DNA of 64,000 bases from Patescibacteria group bacterium. Its GTDB lineage: Bacteria; Patescibacteriota; Minisyncoccia; Phycocordibacterales; UBA9973. Below are positions 44,907-54,124 of the stretch, one piece after another. How positions within the stretch are numbered: the first letter of the stretch is position 1; every line of letters starts with the position of its first letter. The notes under the pieces are model-generated. The model made no database searches, was not told the DNA's origin, and worked only from the letters and a program-made list of their open reading frames with translations. The stretch lies in contig JAGWLB010000001.1 in the NCBI GenBank assembly GCA_028865035.1, positions 99,668 through 163,667 of the forward strand. The letters run 5' to 3'. Position numbers and translations under genes: made by a program.

Positions 44907-45557
44907 ATGCCTATGCAAGCTGTCGATGGAATATTCTATGTAATTATACTTATAATGTCGGTAATCATCCATGAATTTGCTCATGGTTATGTAGCGTATC
45001 TTTTAGGTGATGACACTGCTCGTCTTGAAGGAAGACTTACTCTAAACCCTCTAAAACATCTAGATCCATTCGGTTCAGTTGTTTTACCTTTACTTCTAAT
45101 ATTGATGCAAGCAGGTTTTGTTGTCGGATGGGCTCGCCCTGTGCCTTACAATCCGAATAATCTTAGAAATAGGAAAAGAGGAACTCTGATGGTTGCTTTT
45201 GCGGGTATTCTCGCCAATATTTTTATTGCTATTTTATTTGGTTTATTTATTAGGTTTGCGCCGTATTTTGGTTTGCCACCATACACTTCTAATCCATTAT
45301 TAATGGATCCTTTTTATAAAATAGCTAGTATTATTGTTCTCCTTAATCTTGTTTTGGCTTTGTTTAATCTTATCCCCATTCCACCATTAGATGGATCAAA
45401 AATATTATTCTCATTTATGCCGTATAAATTCCGTAAAATTGAAAATTTTTTAGAACGATGGGGAATGTTTATTTTACTTTTCTTCATTATCTTTCTTTGG
45501 AGTCAGGTTTCACCGATTATTTACGGAGCTTTCTCTTTAATTACAGGTATACATTAA
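44907..45557 (+). CDS. Site-2 protease family (M50) membrane metalloprotease
   Basis: HEFAHG HExxH in a TM helix; downstream NLIPIPPLDGSK. Confidence 0.75.
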   Translation: MPMQAVDGIFYVIILIMSVIIHEFAHGYVAYLLGDDTARLEGRLTLNPLKHLDPFGSVVLPLLLILMQAGFVVGWARPVPYNPNNLRNRKRGTLMVAFAGILANIFIAILFGLFIRFAPYFGLPPYTSNPLLMDPFYKIASIIVLLNLVLALFNLIPIPPLDGSKILFSFMPYKFRKIENFLERWGMFILLFFIIFLWSQVSPIIYGAFSLITGIH

Positions 45558-45616
45558 TAACTTATATTTAATTCACTAGTTTTTACTCCTAATTTTATAT
45601 ATAATACACATATAAA

Positions 45617-48600
45617 ATGAGTGAAAAAAAATATTTCTTCAGATTTTTCAAATTATCTCACCTGGTAATAGTATCAGTGTTGTTGCTCGTATTATCTGTC
45701 GGTATTTACACTAAAGCTTATGCCATTGCCTCACCATATAATCCAGGAGATACCTTAGATCCTGCTTGTGCACCAGGGGATGTAAACTGTATTGTGCAGA
45801 TAGTTCCTTCACCGTGGACTACTGTTGCTGGTGGTATTAGTTACACTGGAGGAAACGTAAATATTAATTCTGGTTCTGCCTATCAATATGGTGGAGTAAA
45901 TGTTATCACTGCACAGACAAGTAAAAATAATTATTTCTTTGGTAATGCTGGAAATTTGACTGGAACTGGCATTAAAAATACGGCTGTGGGGGCTGGGGCA
46001 CTTTCGTCAACTACGACAAGTGCATGGAATACTGCAGTGGGGTATGACGCTCTACAGCTCAATACAACAGGGAACAGTGATGTCGCTTTCGGATACTGCG
46101 CTCTTTTAAATAATACGACTGGTTATTTCAACGCCGCGCTGGGAACATGTGCACTTCTTCACAATACAACTGGGTACGATAATACTGCTACTGGTTTTGA
46201 TTCGCTTTATTACAATACCACTGGTTATGCTAATACTTCTACTGGCTCAGTAGCTCTTTATGGTAATACTACTGGTAATAATAATGTGGCTATGGGATAT
46301 TACTCTCTTTTTAAAAATACTACCGGGTCAAATAACACAGCCATAGGAATGCAATCTCTTTATGACCTAAATATTATTGCTAATGATGGTTCTGGTAACA
46401 ACACTGCTATCGGTTACAATACCGGTCGTGGTATCACAACCGGTATCAACAACACCATCATCGGTGCCAATGTCACTGGTCTTGCGACAGGACTTTCAAA
46501 CAATATCATCATCGCCGATGGAGCAGGGAATCAGAGAATTAATATTGATAACACAGGATTATTAAAACTCGGTACTTATGGTGTAGGTACTCACACTGGT
46601 ACCGCAGCTTATACATTACAGGTTGATGCAAGCGGTAATGTGATTGAAGGACCTGCAGTTTTTTCTCCGTGGACTACTGTTGCTGGTGGTATTAGTTACA
46701 CCGGAGGAAACGTAAATATTAATTCTGGTTCTGCGTATCAATATGGCGGGGTAAATGTTATTACTGCTCAGACAGCTAGTAATAATTATTTCTTTGGTAA
46801 TGCCGGGAATTTGACGGGGACGGGTGTTAAGAATACAGCAGTAGGAGGTAGTGCTTTGATTGCTACCACTACTGGAGGTTATAATACTGCTCTAGGAGAG
46901 GAAGCTTTAAAAGTTAATGATGCTGGTGCACAAAACACTGCAGTAGGTACTTATTCTTTAACCGCTAATACTTCTGGTTCATATAATACTGGACTTGGAG
47001 TAACTACTTTATCTAGAAATACGACAGGAAAGGATAATTTAGCTGTTGGGCACAGCGCCCAGTATTACAATACTACTGGTAATTATAATACTGCTATTGG
47101 TATGTATGCTTTGCATAACAATACTACAGGTTCATATAATACTGCTATTGGTATGCAAGCCCTATATGATATTAATAGCATTACGGCCAATGATTCCGGC
47201 AACAACACCGCTCTCGGTTACAACACCGGTCGTGGTATCACTACTGGTATCAACAACACTATCATCGGTGCCAATGTCACTGGTCTTGCGCCAGGACTTT
47301 CAAACAACATCATTATTGCCGATGGAGCAGGGAATCAGAGAATTAATATTGATAACACAGGATTATTAAAACTTGGTACTTATGGTGTTGGTACTCATAC
47401 TGGTACTGCAGCTAAAACCCTCCAAGTAGATGCAAGTGGAAATGTGATAGAGGGAGCTTCACTTATTGGTTCTACTTCAACAGGCACAGGCACTGAAACA
47501 TGGCTCGGTACAAGTGCTGCGGGGTTGGGAACGGCGTCGACAGATCATACAGTTTTTATTGGTGTTGATACAGGAACAAATTCAACTTTTGGAAATCATT
47601 CAAATTTTATAGGATCAAGTGCTGGTTATAATGCAACAAATGCCACTAATTCTAATTTCGTAGGATTCAATGCTGGTGGTTATGCTACTAATGCTAACCA
47701 ATCAACTTTTTTTGGCGAAAATGCCGGAAGTTCTGCTTCTAATGCCGCATATTCTATTTTTATTGGAATGAATTCTGGTAAAAATGACACTGTTAATAAC
47801 ACTGCTACATTTGACAATACAACCACTTTTGCTAACACATCTATACTACTAGGTTACAACACTTCCACCGGTGGTTTCTCCAACTCTATAGCTATTGGTG
47901 CTTATGCCACTAACACTGCCACTAATCAATTTATGATTGGTTCAGCAAATCGTCCAATAGATAGTACCCGTATCAACGGTACCGGAGGTACACAATGTAC
48001 TATCACTACAGGTACAGGTATAGCTTGTACATCCGATGAAAGATTAAAAACAAACATTGTCGATCTATCAGATGATACACTCGCTAAACTTGCTGGAGTT
48101 CGTACTGTAACTTTCAACTGGTTAGCTACTCCTAATGTTAACCCCCAAATAGGTTTCATCGCTCAAAACCTAGAACCAATCTTCCCAGAACTAGTAGCTA
48201 CAGATTCAAATGGATACAAGTCAGTCTACTACTCTCACATAACCCCAATTCTTGTTAAAGCCATCCAAGAGATGAATCTAAAAGTTGATAAGTTATCATC
48301 ATTAGATATTTCGCAATCCAATTCACTCGGTTCACTTATTACAAGCTTCTTAGGTTCTGTTGGTAATGGTATAAAAGATTTGTATGCGAGTGTAGTGCAT
48401 ACCAACAAACTTTGTATTAATAAATCTGATGGTAATGAAGTTTGTCTTACTGGAGATCAATTACAACAATTAATGGTCAACCAAAGTTCTCCTCAGAATT
48501 TCTCTACAGTAATATACGTACCTACTACACCTACTACCACCACTACTGCACCTACAACACCTACAGATACTAAGAATACCGATACAACTTCTACTCCTAC

Positions 48601-48946
48601 TCCTACAAATACAAGTAGTACCACTTCAACCACTCCAACCACCACCACAACAACTTCTACTTCTTCAACCACATCAACCTCAGACACAACTACACCATCT
48701 ACCAATACCACCACCACAACACCTACAGATATTAAGAATACCGATACAACTCCTACTCCTACAAATACAAGTAGTACCACTTCAACTACACCTACCACCA
48801 CAACAACTTCTACTTCTTCAACCACACCAACTCCTACCACTACTACACCCGCACCTACAACACCTACAACAACAGCAACATCAACCCCAACTCCTAGCAC
48901 TACACCCACACCTACAACAACAGATACCCCAACACCGGTAAATTAA
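45617..48946 (+). CDS. 1109-aa trimeric-fibre-like surface protein: signal/anchor, YadA-head-like 16-residue NTA(V/I)G...NTTG repeats (two ~280-aa copies), peptidase-S74 intramolecular chaperone domain, Thr/Pro-rich repeat tail
   Basis: S74-like SDERLKTNIVDLSDDTLAKLAGVRTVTFNW...PQIGFIAQNLEPIFPELV...YKSVYYSHITPILVKAIQE; duplicated PWTTVAGGISYTGGNVNINSGSAYQYGGVNVITAQT. Confidence 0.65.
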   Translation: MSEKKYFFRFFKLSHLVIVSVLLLVLSVGIYTKAYAIASPYNPGDTLDPACAPGDVNCIVQIVPSPWTTVAGGISYTGGNVNINSGSAYQYGGVNVITAQTSKNNYFFGNAGNLTGTGIKNTAVGAGALSSTTTSAWNTAVGYDALQLNTTGNSDVAFGYCALLNNTTGYFNAALGTCALLHNTTGYDNTATGFDSLYYNTTGYANTSTGSVALYGNTTGNNNVAMGYYSLFKNTTGSNNTAIGMQSLYDLNIIANDGSGNNTAIGYNTGRGITTGINNTIIGANVTGLATGLSNNIIIADGAGNQRINIDNTGLLKLGTYGVGTHTGTAAYTLQVDASGNVIEGPAVFSPWTTVAGGISYTGGNVNINSGSAYQYGGVNVITAQTASNNYFFGNAGNLTGTGVKNTAVGGSALIATTTGGYNTALGEEALKVNDAGAQNTAVGTYSLTANTSGSYNTGLGVTTLSRNTTGKDNLAVGHSAQYYNTTGNYNTAIGMYALHNNTTGSYNTAIGMQALYDINSITANDSGNNTALGYNTGRGITTGINNTIIGANVTGLAPGLSNNIIIADGAGNQRINIDNTGLLKLGTYGVGTHTGTAAKTLQVDASGNVIEGASLIGSTSTGTGTETWLGTSAAGLGTASTDHTVFIGVDTGTNSTFGNHSNFIGSSAGYNATNATNSNFVGFNAGGYATNANQSTFFGENAGSSASNAAYSIFIGMNSGKNDTVNNTATFDNTTTFANTSILLGYNTSTGGFSNSIAIGAYATNTATNQFMIGSANRPIDSTRINGTGGTQCTITTGTGIACTSDERLKTNIVDLSDDTLAKLAGVRTVTFNWLATPNVNPQIGFIAQNLEPIFPELVATDSNGYKSVYYSHITPILVKAIQEMNLKVDKLSSLDISQSNSLGSLITSFLGSVGNGIKDLYASVVHTNKLCINKSDGNEVCLTGDQLQQLMVNQSSPQNFSTVIYVPTTPTTTTTAPTTPTDTKNTDTTSTPTPTNTSSTTSTTPTTTTTTSTSSTTSTSDTTTPSTNTTTTTPTDIKNTDTTPTPTNTSSTTSTTPTTTTTSTSSTTPTPTTTTPAPTTPTTTATSTPTPSTTPTPTTTDTPTPVN
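45806..46650 (+). repeat. Intragenic ~0.8-kb duplication, copy 1 (about 90% identity to copy 2)
   Basis: Shared blocks such as CCGTGGACTACTGTTGCTGGTGGTATTAGTTACAC...; offset about 855 bp. Confidence 0.75.
46661..47455 (+). repeat. Intragenic ~0.8-kb duplication, copy 2
   Basis: See copy 1. Confidence 0.75.
48500..48940 (+). repeat. Tandem Thr/Pro-rich coding repeats (PTTPTDTKNTDTT(S)TPTPTNTSSTTSTTPTTTTT units) forming the C-terminal tail of the fibre protein
   Basis: A ~150-bp unit repeated with variation; it also creates a spurious poly-Val ORF on the minus strand. Confidence 0.7.
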
Positions 48947-48955
48947 TTTATCTAA

Positions 48956-51900
48956 ATGAAAATTACAATTAAAAGATTTATAAAATATATCTTATTAATA
49001 ATATTATTTAGTATAGCTTTCCAAGCTAATGCTTCTATTATTAATGGAAGTATCAGTACTTCACATTACACGGCTCAAGTTTGCGAGACAGCTTCGTGTG
49101 CTGTGTCTACTACATCTCCAGTAAATTTTGGTAATTTCTCAACTACTCCAGCGTCTGATGTTGTCGTAACAGATACTGCACTGAAAGGATATATTTGGGG
49201 AGAATCATTTGGCTGGGCTGTACTTAACTGTATCAACACTGCAAGTGGGTGCACCTCTACGAACAATAATTTTAAAGTTGCCAACGATAGCAACGGACAT
49301 CTCTCTGGTTATGCTTGGGGACAGAATGCTGGATGGATTAACTTTGGACCTTTTGTAAACAGTACAACTTCCCCTGTAGTTATAAATAGTTCTGGACAGT
49401 TTAACGGTTATGCTTGGAGTCAGAATTATGGTTGGATAAAATTCGATTGTTCTAATCCAAGTTATTGTGTTCAGACTGATTGGCGTCCACAAAATACTAG
49501 ACCTCAGTGTAGTGATGGTATAGATAATGATAACGATGGCCTCATTGATAGTGCTGACCCTGGTTGTCATACGGATCTTAATGCAAACAACTCTAGTTCA
49601 TATGATCCGACTCTCAACAGTGAATATAATCGAACAGGTGGTGGAGGTTTTCCAAGTGGCGGCGGTAATGATATGTGTCCCAATATTGCTGGAGTACAAT
49701 CTACTGTTCCTGATGGTAAAATCTTAGATGCATCAGGACAGTGTGTAGATAATATATGTCCCAACACTGTAAACTATAACTCTGTACCACTATCTTCTTC
49801 TGGGCCGTTTACTGTAAATGTAAAAAATACAACGAAAATCGGTTTTGCTATTAAAGTATTTGATACGATAAATCCTGCTCATACAGAAGGGGATATTGCT
49901 ACAGAAAATGCCTTAAATAAAAATTCAAGTGATCAGGTTGTTGTTTACGATACTTCATTGAACAAATATGTTTTAGGTTTTGAAGATGTTGTCGGTGGAG
50001 ATTACGATTATAATGATCTTGTCGTTGGTGTTGGTTTATCTTGCGATCCTCTCTCGGGTAACACTTGCCCTAACCCTTCTTCTCTTTCAGATACAACTTC
50101 AGAAATTATAAATCACGCGCCGTCAGGTGAACTAGACCTCCAAACAATTTTAAATAATGCAGGATATAACATAAATACAATACTTGATCAGAAGCAATAT
50201 CAAGTATGGGACATTCCACAAAATACTACTGTTACCGTCAGCACAAAATTCATAAATAAATTTGCTGGCAATAGTTTTGTCTTTGGTTATTATACGAATG
50301 GCTCACTAGCAAATTTTGTTCCAATATTTAAAACTGCGAATATAGCAGGGTCTACTACAGTTCCTACTATGTGTACTCCTAATCCTAGTGATTATTGTCC
50401 AAATATTAATGGAGTACAGACTTCGCTTCCACCTGGTATGGCTTTAAACACCACAGGTCAATGTGTATATATAGTACCAGATGTATGTTCAAACATTCCT
50501 GGATCACAGCTTACAGTACCAGATGGTTATGGTTATAACTCTTTAGGTCAGTGTGTTCCTGTGGCGGCGATAGATCAATGTCCAAATATTGTAGGAAATC
50601 AGATGACAGTTCCAAGTGGTATGTCATTAAATACACAAGGGCAATGTGTCTCTTTATCTGTACCTGATGCGTGTCCGAATATACCAGGGTCTCAGTCTTC
50701 TATCCCAACAGGGGATATGTATGATTCATCTGGTAATTGTGTACCTCATACTACTATTGATCTATGCTCAAATATTGCAGGAAATCAGACAACGATTCCA
50801 AGTGGTATGGTTGTGAATACTGGAGGACAGTGTGTGCCACCAGCAGTACCCGACGCCTGTCCAAATATTGATGGAACACAGTTAAGAATACCTAGTGATA
50901 TGACTTATGATACACAAGGTAATTGCGTACCATTAATGAAGATAGATGCTTGTCCAAATATTGCTGGAACACAAACTACTTTACCTAAAGGAATGTCTTA
51001 TGACTCTCAAGGTAATTGTGTTGCTAGTCTTTGTCTTACAAATCCGAAACTTTGTGCTCCTCCAGCTGATGCTTGTTCTGTTGATCCAGCTTCGTGTGTT
51101 TCTCCGGCTAGTTTCTGTACTACTCACCCCGAGCTATGTGTTCCACCACCTACTTGCAAAGGATTGCAATGCCTTTCTCCTGGTTATATAAAAAGCATAA
51201 TTAATAATCTGACTATGCTTACTCCTATTCCTTTTGCTAAAAGAGCTAGTTCTATTATGATTACTGCTGGTATTATTTCAGGTATAGCTCTGAGTTTAGT
51301 TACATCTGTATTTACAACGCCAACTTCATTATCCGATATTTTTAATCTCCCTGTCCGTCTTTGGAGTTTGTTATTATCAGCACTTGGATTTAAAAAACGC
51401 AGAAGACCTTGGGGAACTGTATATGATAGTGTCACCAAAGAACCTCTTGATCCAGCATATGTTGCACTTTTAGATTTACAAGGTAAGGAAGTAGCTACTT
51501 CTATAACGGATATTGATGGTAGATATGGATTCTTAGCCCCAGCTGGTCAGTACAGAATGGTAGCTCACAAGACTAATTATTTATTCCCATCAGATAAGAT
51601 GAAAGATAAAAGCAGTGATGAGTTATATGAAGATTTGTATTTTGGAGATATTATTAACGTGAATGAAGACGAAGGAGTAATTATCAAAAATATTCCTATG
51701 GATGCAATTAATTTTGACTGGAATGAATTTGCAAAACAAGACCAAAGATTAATGAAGTTCTACTCAAGGCGCGACATCTGGATTGTTCGTATTTCAAGCG
51801 CTCTTTTCTATTTTGGACTTTTGCTTACCATCATTGCAGTTGTAGGATTACCAAATGTTTACAATATAGCGACTCTAGTTGCTTATATGGTATTGCTGGT

Positions 51901-52186
51901 GTTTAAGAATGTAACCATCAGTCCTAGTTCCCTTGGTACTGTAGTTTTCAGTGAGAACGGTAATCCTGTGTCATTTGCTATTATGAGAATATTCAGAGCA
52001 GATGATAATTATGAAGTTGCACATAAGATTGTAAATAAAACTGGTAAGTACTACTGTATTGTGCCAAATGGAACATATTATGTTGAAATTGAAAAGAAAA
52101 ATCTAGATGCTACTTATAGCCTAATCTATACATCTGGTCCTATTATTGTTAAAAAGGGTCATATAAATAATAAGTTTAAAGTATAA
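48956..52186 (+). CDS. 1076-aa surface protein: signal peptide, Ca-binding-like DGIDNDNDGLID motif, DUF4114-like segment, nine ~40-aa CPNI(A/P)G(x)Q..P.G...GQCV repeats, Cys-rich stalk, TM segments, and a C-terminal carboxypeptidase-regulatory-like beta domain
   Basis: VVVYDTSLNKYVLGFEDVVGGDYDYNDLVVGV (DUF4114-like); repeats visible 49676-51000; GRYGFLAPAGQYRMVAHKTNYLFP. Confidence 0.5.
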   Translation: MKITIKRFIKYILLIILFSIAFQANASIINGSISTSHYTAQVCETASCAVSTTSPVNFGNFSTTPASDVVVTDTALKGYIWGESFGWAVLNCINTASGCTSTNNNFKVANDSNGHLSGYAWGQNAGWINFGPFVNSTTSPVVINSSGQFNGYAWSQNYGWIKFDCSNPSYCVQTDWRPQNTRPQCSDGIDNDNDGLIDSADPGCHTDLNANNSSSYDPTLNSEYNRTGGGGFPSGGGNDMCPNIAGVQSTVPDGKILDASGQCVDNICPNTVNYNSVPLSSSGPFTVNVKNTTKIGFAIKVFDTINPAHTEGDIATENALNKNSSDQVVVYDTSLNKYVLGFEDVVGGDYDYNDLVVGVGLSCDPLSGNTCPNPSSLSDTTSEIINHAPSGELDLQTILNNAGYNINTILDQKQYQVWDIPQNTTVTVSTKFINKFAGNSFVFGYYTNGSLANFVPIFKTANIAGSTTVPTMCTPNPSDYCPNINGVQTSLPPGMALNTTGQCVYIVPDVCSNIPGSQLTVPDGYGYNSLGQCVPVAAIDQCPNIVGNQMTVPSGMSLNTQGQCVSLSVPDACPNIPGSQSSIPTGDMYDSSGNCVPHTTIDLCSNIAGNQTTIPSGMVVNTGGQCVPPAVPDACPNIDGTQLRIPSDMTYDTQGNCVPLMKIDACPNIAGTQTTLPKGMSYDSQGNCVASLCLTNPKLCAPPADACSVDPASCVSPASFCTTHPELCVPPPTCKGLQCLSPGYIKSIINNLTMLTPIPFAKRASSIMITAGIISGIALSLVTSVFTTPTSLSDIFNLPVRLWSLLLSALGFKKRRRPWGTVYDSVTKEPLDPAYVALLDLQGKEVATSITDIDGRYGFLAPAGQYRMVAHKTNYLFPSDKMKDKSSDELYEDLYFGDIINVNEDEGVIIKNIPMDAINFDWNEFAKQDQRLMKFYSRRDIWIVRISSALFYFGLLLTIIAVVGLPNVYNIATLVAYMVLLVFKNVTISPSSLGTVVFSENGNPVSFAIMRIFRADDNYEVAHKIVNKTGKYYCIVPNGTYYVEIEKKNLDATYSLIYTSGPIIVKKGHINNKFKV

Positions 52187-52294
52187 ATCTATAATTTATA
52201 GATTTATACAAGACAGCTTGCATTTTTACTTACCTTATAGTAAAGTGTTGTGACTAGTCCAAGAGCGACTATTTTTGTTTTATTCAGTTATATT

Positions 52295-52720
52295 ATGCCT
52301 ACAATCAATCAACTAGTTCGAAAGAACCGAAAAATAACGAAAAGAAAATCCAAAGCGGTAGCTTTGGCTCGTGGTTTTAATTCAATTAAGAACAAACCAG
52401 TTTTTTACCCTGCACCATTTAAGCGTGGCGTGTGTACTAAAGTTTCTACTACTACTCCTAAAAAGCCTAACTCAGCTCTTCGTAAGATTGCTCGTGTGAG
52501 ACTCACAAATGGTATGGAAGTTACTGCCTACATACCAGGTGAAGGGCATAACCTACAAGAACACTCAGTGGTTATGATTCGTGGTGGACGTGTGAAAGAC
52601 TTAATCGGTGTACGTTATCACATAGTTCGTGGAAGACTTGATGCTACTGGAGTTGATAAGCGTAGAGTATCAAGAAGTCTATACGGTACGAAAACTCCTA
52701 AAGAAAGTACAAAGAAATAA
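52295..52720 (+). CDS. rpsL: 30S ribosomal protein S12
   Basis: [10 protein letters not shown]...[16 protein letters not shown]...; internal ATG at 52295 chosen. Confidence 0.9.
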   Translation: MPTINQLVRKNRKITKRKSKAVALARGFNSIKNKPVFYPAPFKRGVCTKVSTTTPKKPNSALRKIARVRLTNGMEVTAYIPGEGHNLQEHSVVMIRGGRVKDLIGVRYHIVRGRLDATGVDKRRVSRSLYGTKTPKESTKK

Positions 52721-52747
52721 TTAAGAATTAACTAATACAAATTACGA

Positions 52748-53218
52748 ATGAGACGAAAAATAAAAAATAGAAATATAGTAGAAGCTGATATTATGTATAA
52801 TTCGCAAAAGTTAGCGAAGTTTATAAATAATATTATGATTCACGGAAAGAAAGAGACTGCACGAAAAGCTGTCTATATGGCCTTTGATATTATCAAAGAA
52901 AAGACTGGTAACCCAAATCCTCTTGAAGTTTTCGATACTGCTATCAAGAATGCAAGTCCTATGGTTGAAGTTCGTTCACGTCGTATTGGTGGTGCAAACT
53001 ATCAGGTTCCACGTGAAGTTCGCCCAGAGCGACGTACTGCACTTGCTATGCGTTGGATCATCCTCGCTGCTCGTGGTAAGAAAGGCGCACCTATTCACCA
53101 GAAGCTTGCCGAAGAACTTATCCTTGCTTCAAAGAATGAAGGTAGTGCTATTAAAAAGCGTGAAGATACTCACAAAATGGCAGAATCCAACAAAGCTTTC
53201 GCTCACTTCGCTTGGTAA
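52748..53218 (+). CDS. rpsG: 30S ribosomal protein S7
   Basis: KFINNIMIHGKKETARKAVY...MVEVRSRRIGGANYQVP. Confidence 0.9.
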   Translation: MRRKIKNRNIVEADIMYNSQKLAKFINNIMIHGKKETARKAVYMAFDIIKEKTGNPNPLEVFDTAIKNASPMVEVRSRRIGGANYQVPREVRPERRTALAMRWIILAARGKKGAPIHQKLAEELILASKNEGSAIKKREDTHKMAESNKAFAHFAW

Positions 53219-53238
53219 TACAATTTATATACGCTCAC

Positions 53239-53270
53239 AAAACTCACCCAAAGGGGTGAGTTTTGTTTTG
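53239..53270 (+). terminator. Rho-independent terminator directly after rpsG; a second weak hairpin plus T7 sits at about 53290-53307
   Basis: CTCACCC-AAAG-GGGTGAG followed by TTTTGTTTT. Confidence 0.7.
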
Positions 53271-53380
53271 GGACCCAAAAGATGTACTGCTCCTGTAAGG
53301 AGTTTTTTTGTTGACAAAATATCAAAAAAGAGTAGTTTAAAAGTAAATAAACCTAATTTCAAAAATTTAAAATTATAGCA

Positions 53381-53989
53381 ATGAAGAAAGTAACACTTAT
53401 TTTTCCTGCCACTATAGGTTTGAAAAAAGAAAAAATACTTAAAAATCAGGTAAAGGATTTTTGTGTAAAAAATATTTATGATTTTGAAGTTGTTAAAGAC
53501 AATTCAAATTCGATAAAACAAACGCAAATGAAAATCGAACATGATCCGCAGCTTTTGGCTATTGCTCAAAGTATAACAAGTGGATTATCTGCAATGCAGC
53601 TCAAAGATCTCGGGGATTTATCTGAGACAATTGTAGGTGAAAAGAAAATTAGACAATATATTATGGGCAATAGGAAAACAAATCAGCACTCATATTTTGT
53701 TGATGATACACGTCAAATTGGAGACATAGGTAATGTGAACAATTGGGCGAGAAAGAAAACCGTTGACCCGGATAATGTTACAAGAAATACTTCTGGTTTC
53801 GTTATTTTAACTGAGGGGGTGCACTTAAATCAAAATTTCAGTTGTTTAAATCCAGAAAAGTCAGAAAGAGAAAGGATTTACTTAGTAAAAGACAGCCCTA
53901 AACCTTATCGTAAATTTGATGGGAATTACAATAGACATTGTAGTAAATGTCCGTTTACTGAAGGATGTGTTGTGTGTACTTTACCTTAA
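53381..53989 (+). CDS. Orphan 202-aa hypothetical protein with a C-terminal CxxC-x5-CxxC knuckle, inserted between rpsG and fusA
   Basis: No recognisable family; own putative promoter (TTGACA at about 53300) and flanking terminators. Confidence 0.45.
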   Translation: MKKVTLIFPATIGLKKEKILKNQVKDFCVKNIYDFEVVKDNSNSIKQTQMKIEHDPQLLAIAQSITSGLSAMQLKDLGDLSETIVGEKKIRQYIMGNRKTNQHSYFVDDTRQIGDIGNVNNWARKKTVDPDNVTRNTSGFVILTEGVHLNQNFSCLNPEKSERERIYLVKDSPKPYRKFDGNYNRHCSKCPFTEGCVVCTLP

Positions 53990-54012
53990 TGTTAATGTTT
54001 CATTCTAATGTT

Positions 54013-54043
54013 AAAGCCGTCGTAATAAGACGGCTTTTTTTAT
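54013..54043 (+). terminator. Rho-independent terminator after the orphan gene
   Basis: AAGCCGTC-GTAATAA-GACGGCTT followed by T7. Confidence 0.75.
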
Positions 54044-54124
54044 TTGCAAATTTAGCATATATATTGTATATTCTAGGGACATAGACATCCGTGTCTTTTT
54101 ATTTTTATCAAGTAATTTATATAT

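Noticed and set aside
48493-48909. Poly-Val/Gly minus-strand ORF (138 aa)
   Set aside because: Mirror image of the Thr/Pro-rich tandem repeat tail (ACN/CCN codons) of the fibre gene.
52884-53378. 164-aa plus-strand ORF overlapping rpsG in another frame
   Set aside because: Overlaps the highly conserved S7 coding sequence; no independent support; its 3' part covers the intergenic terminators.
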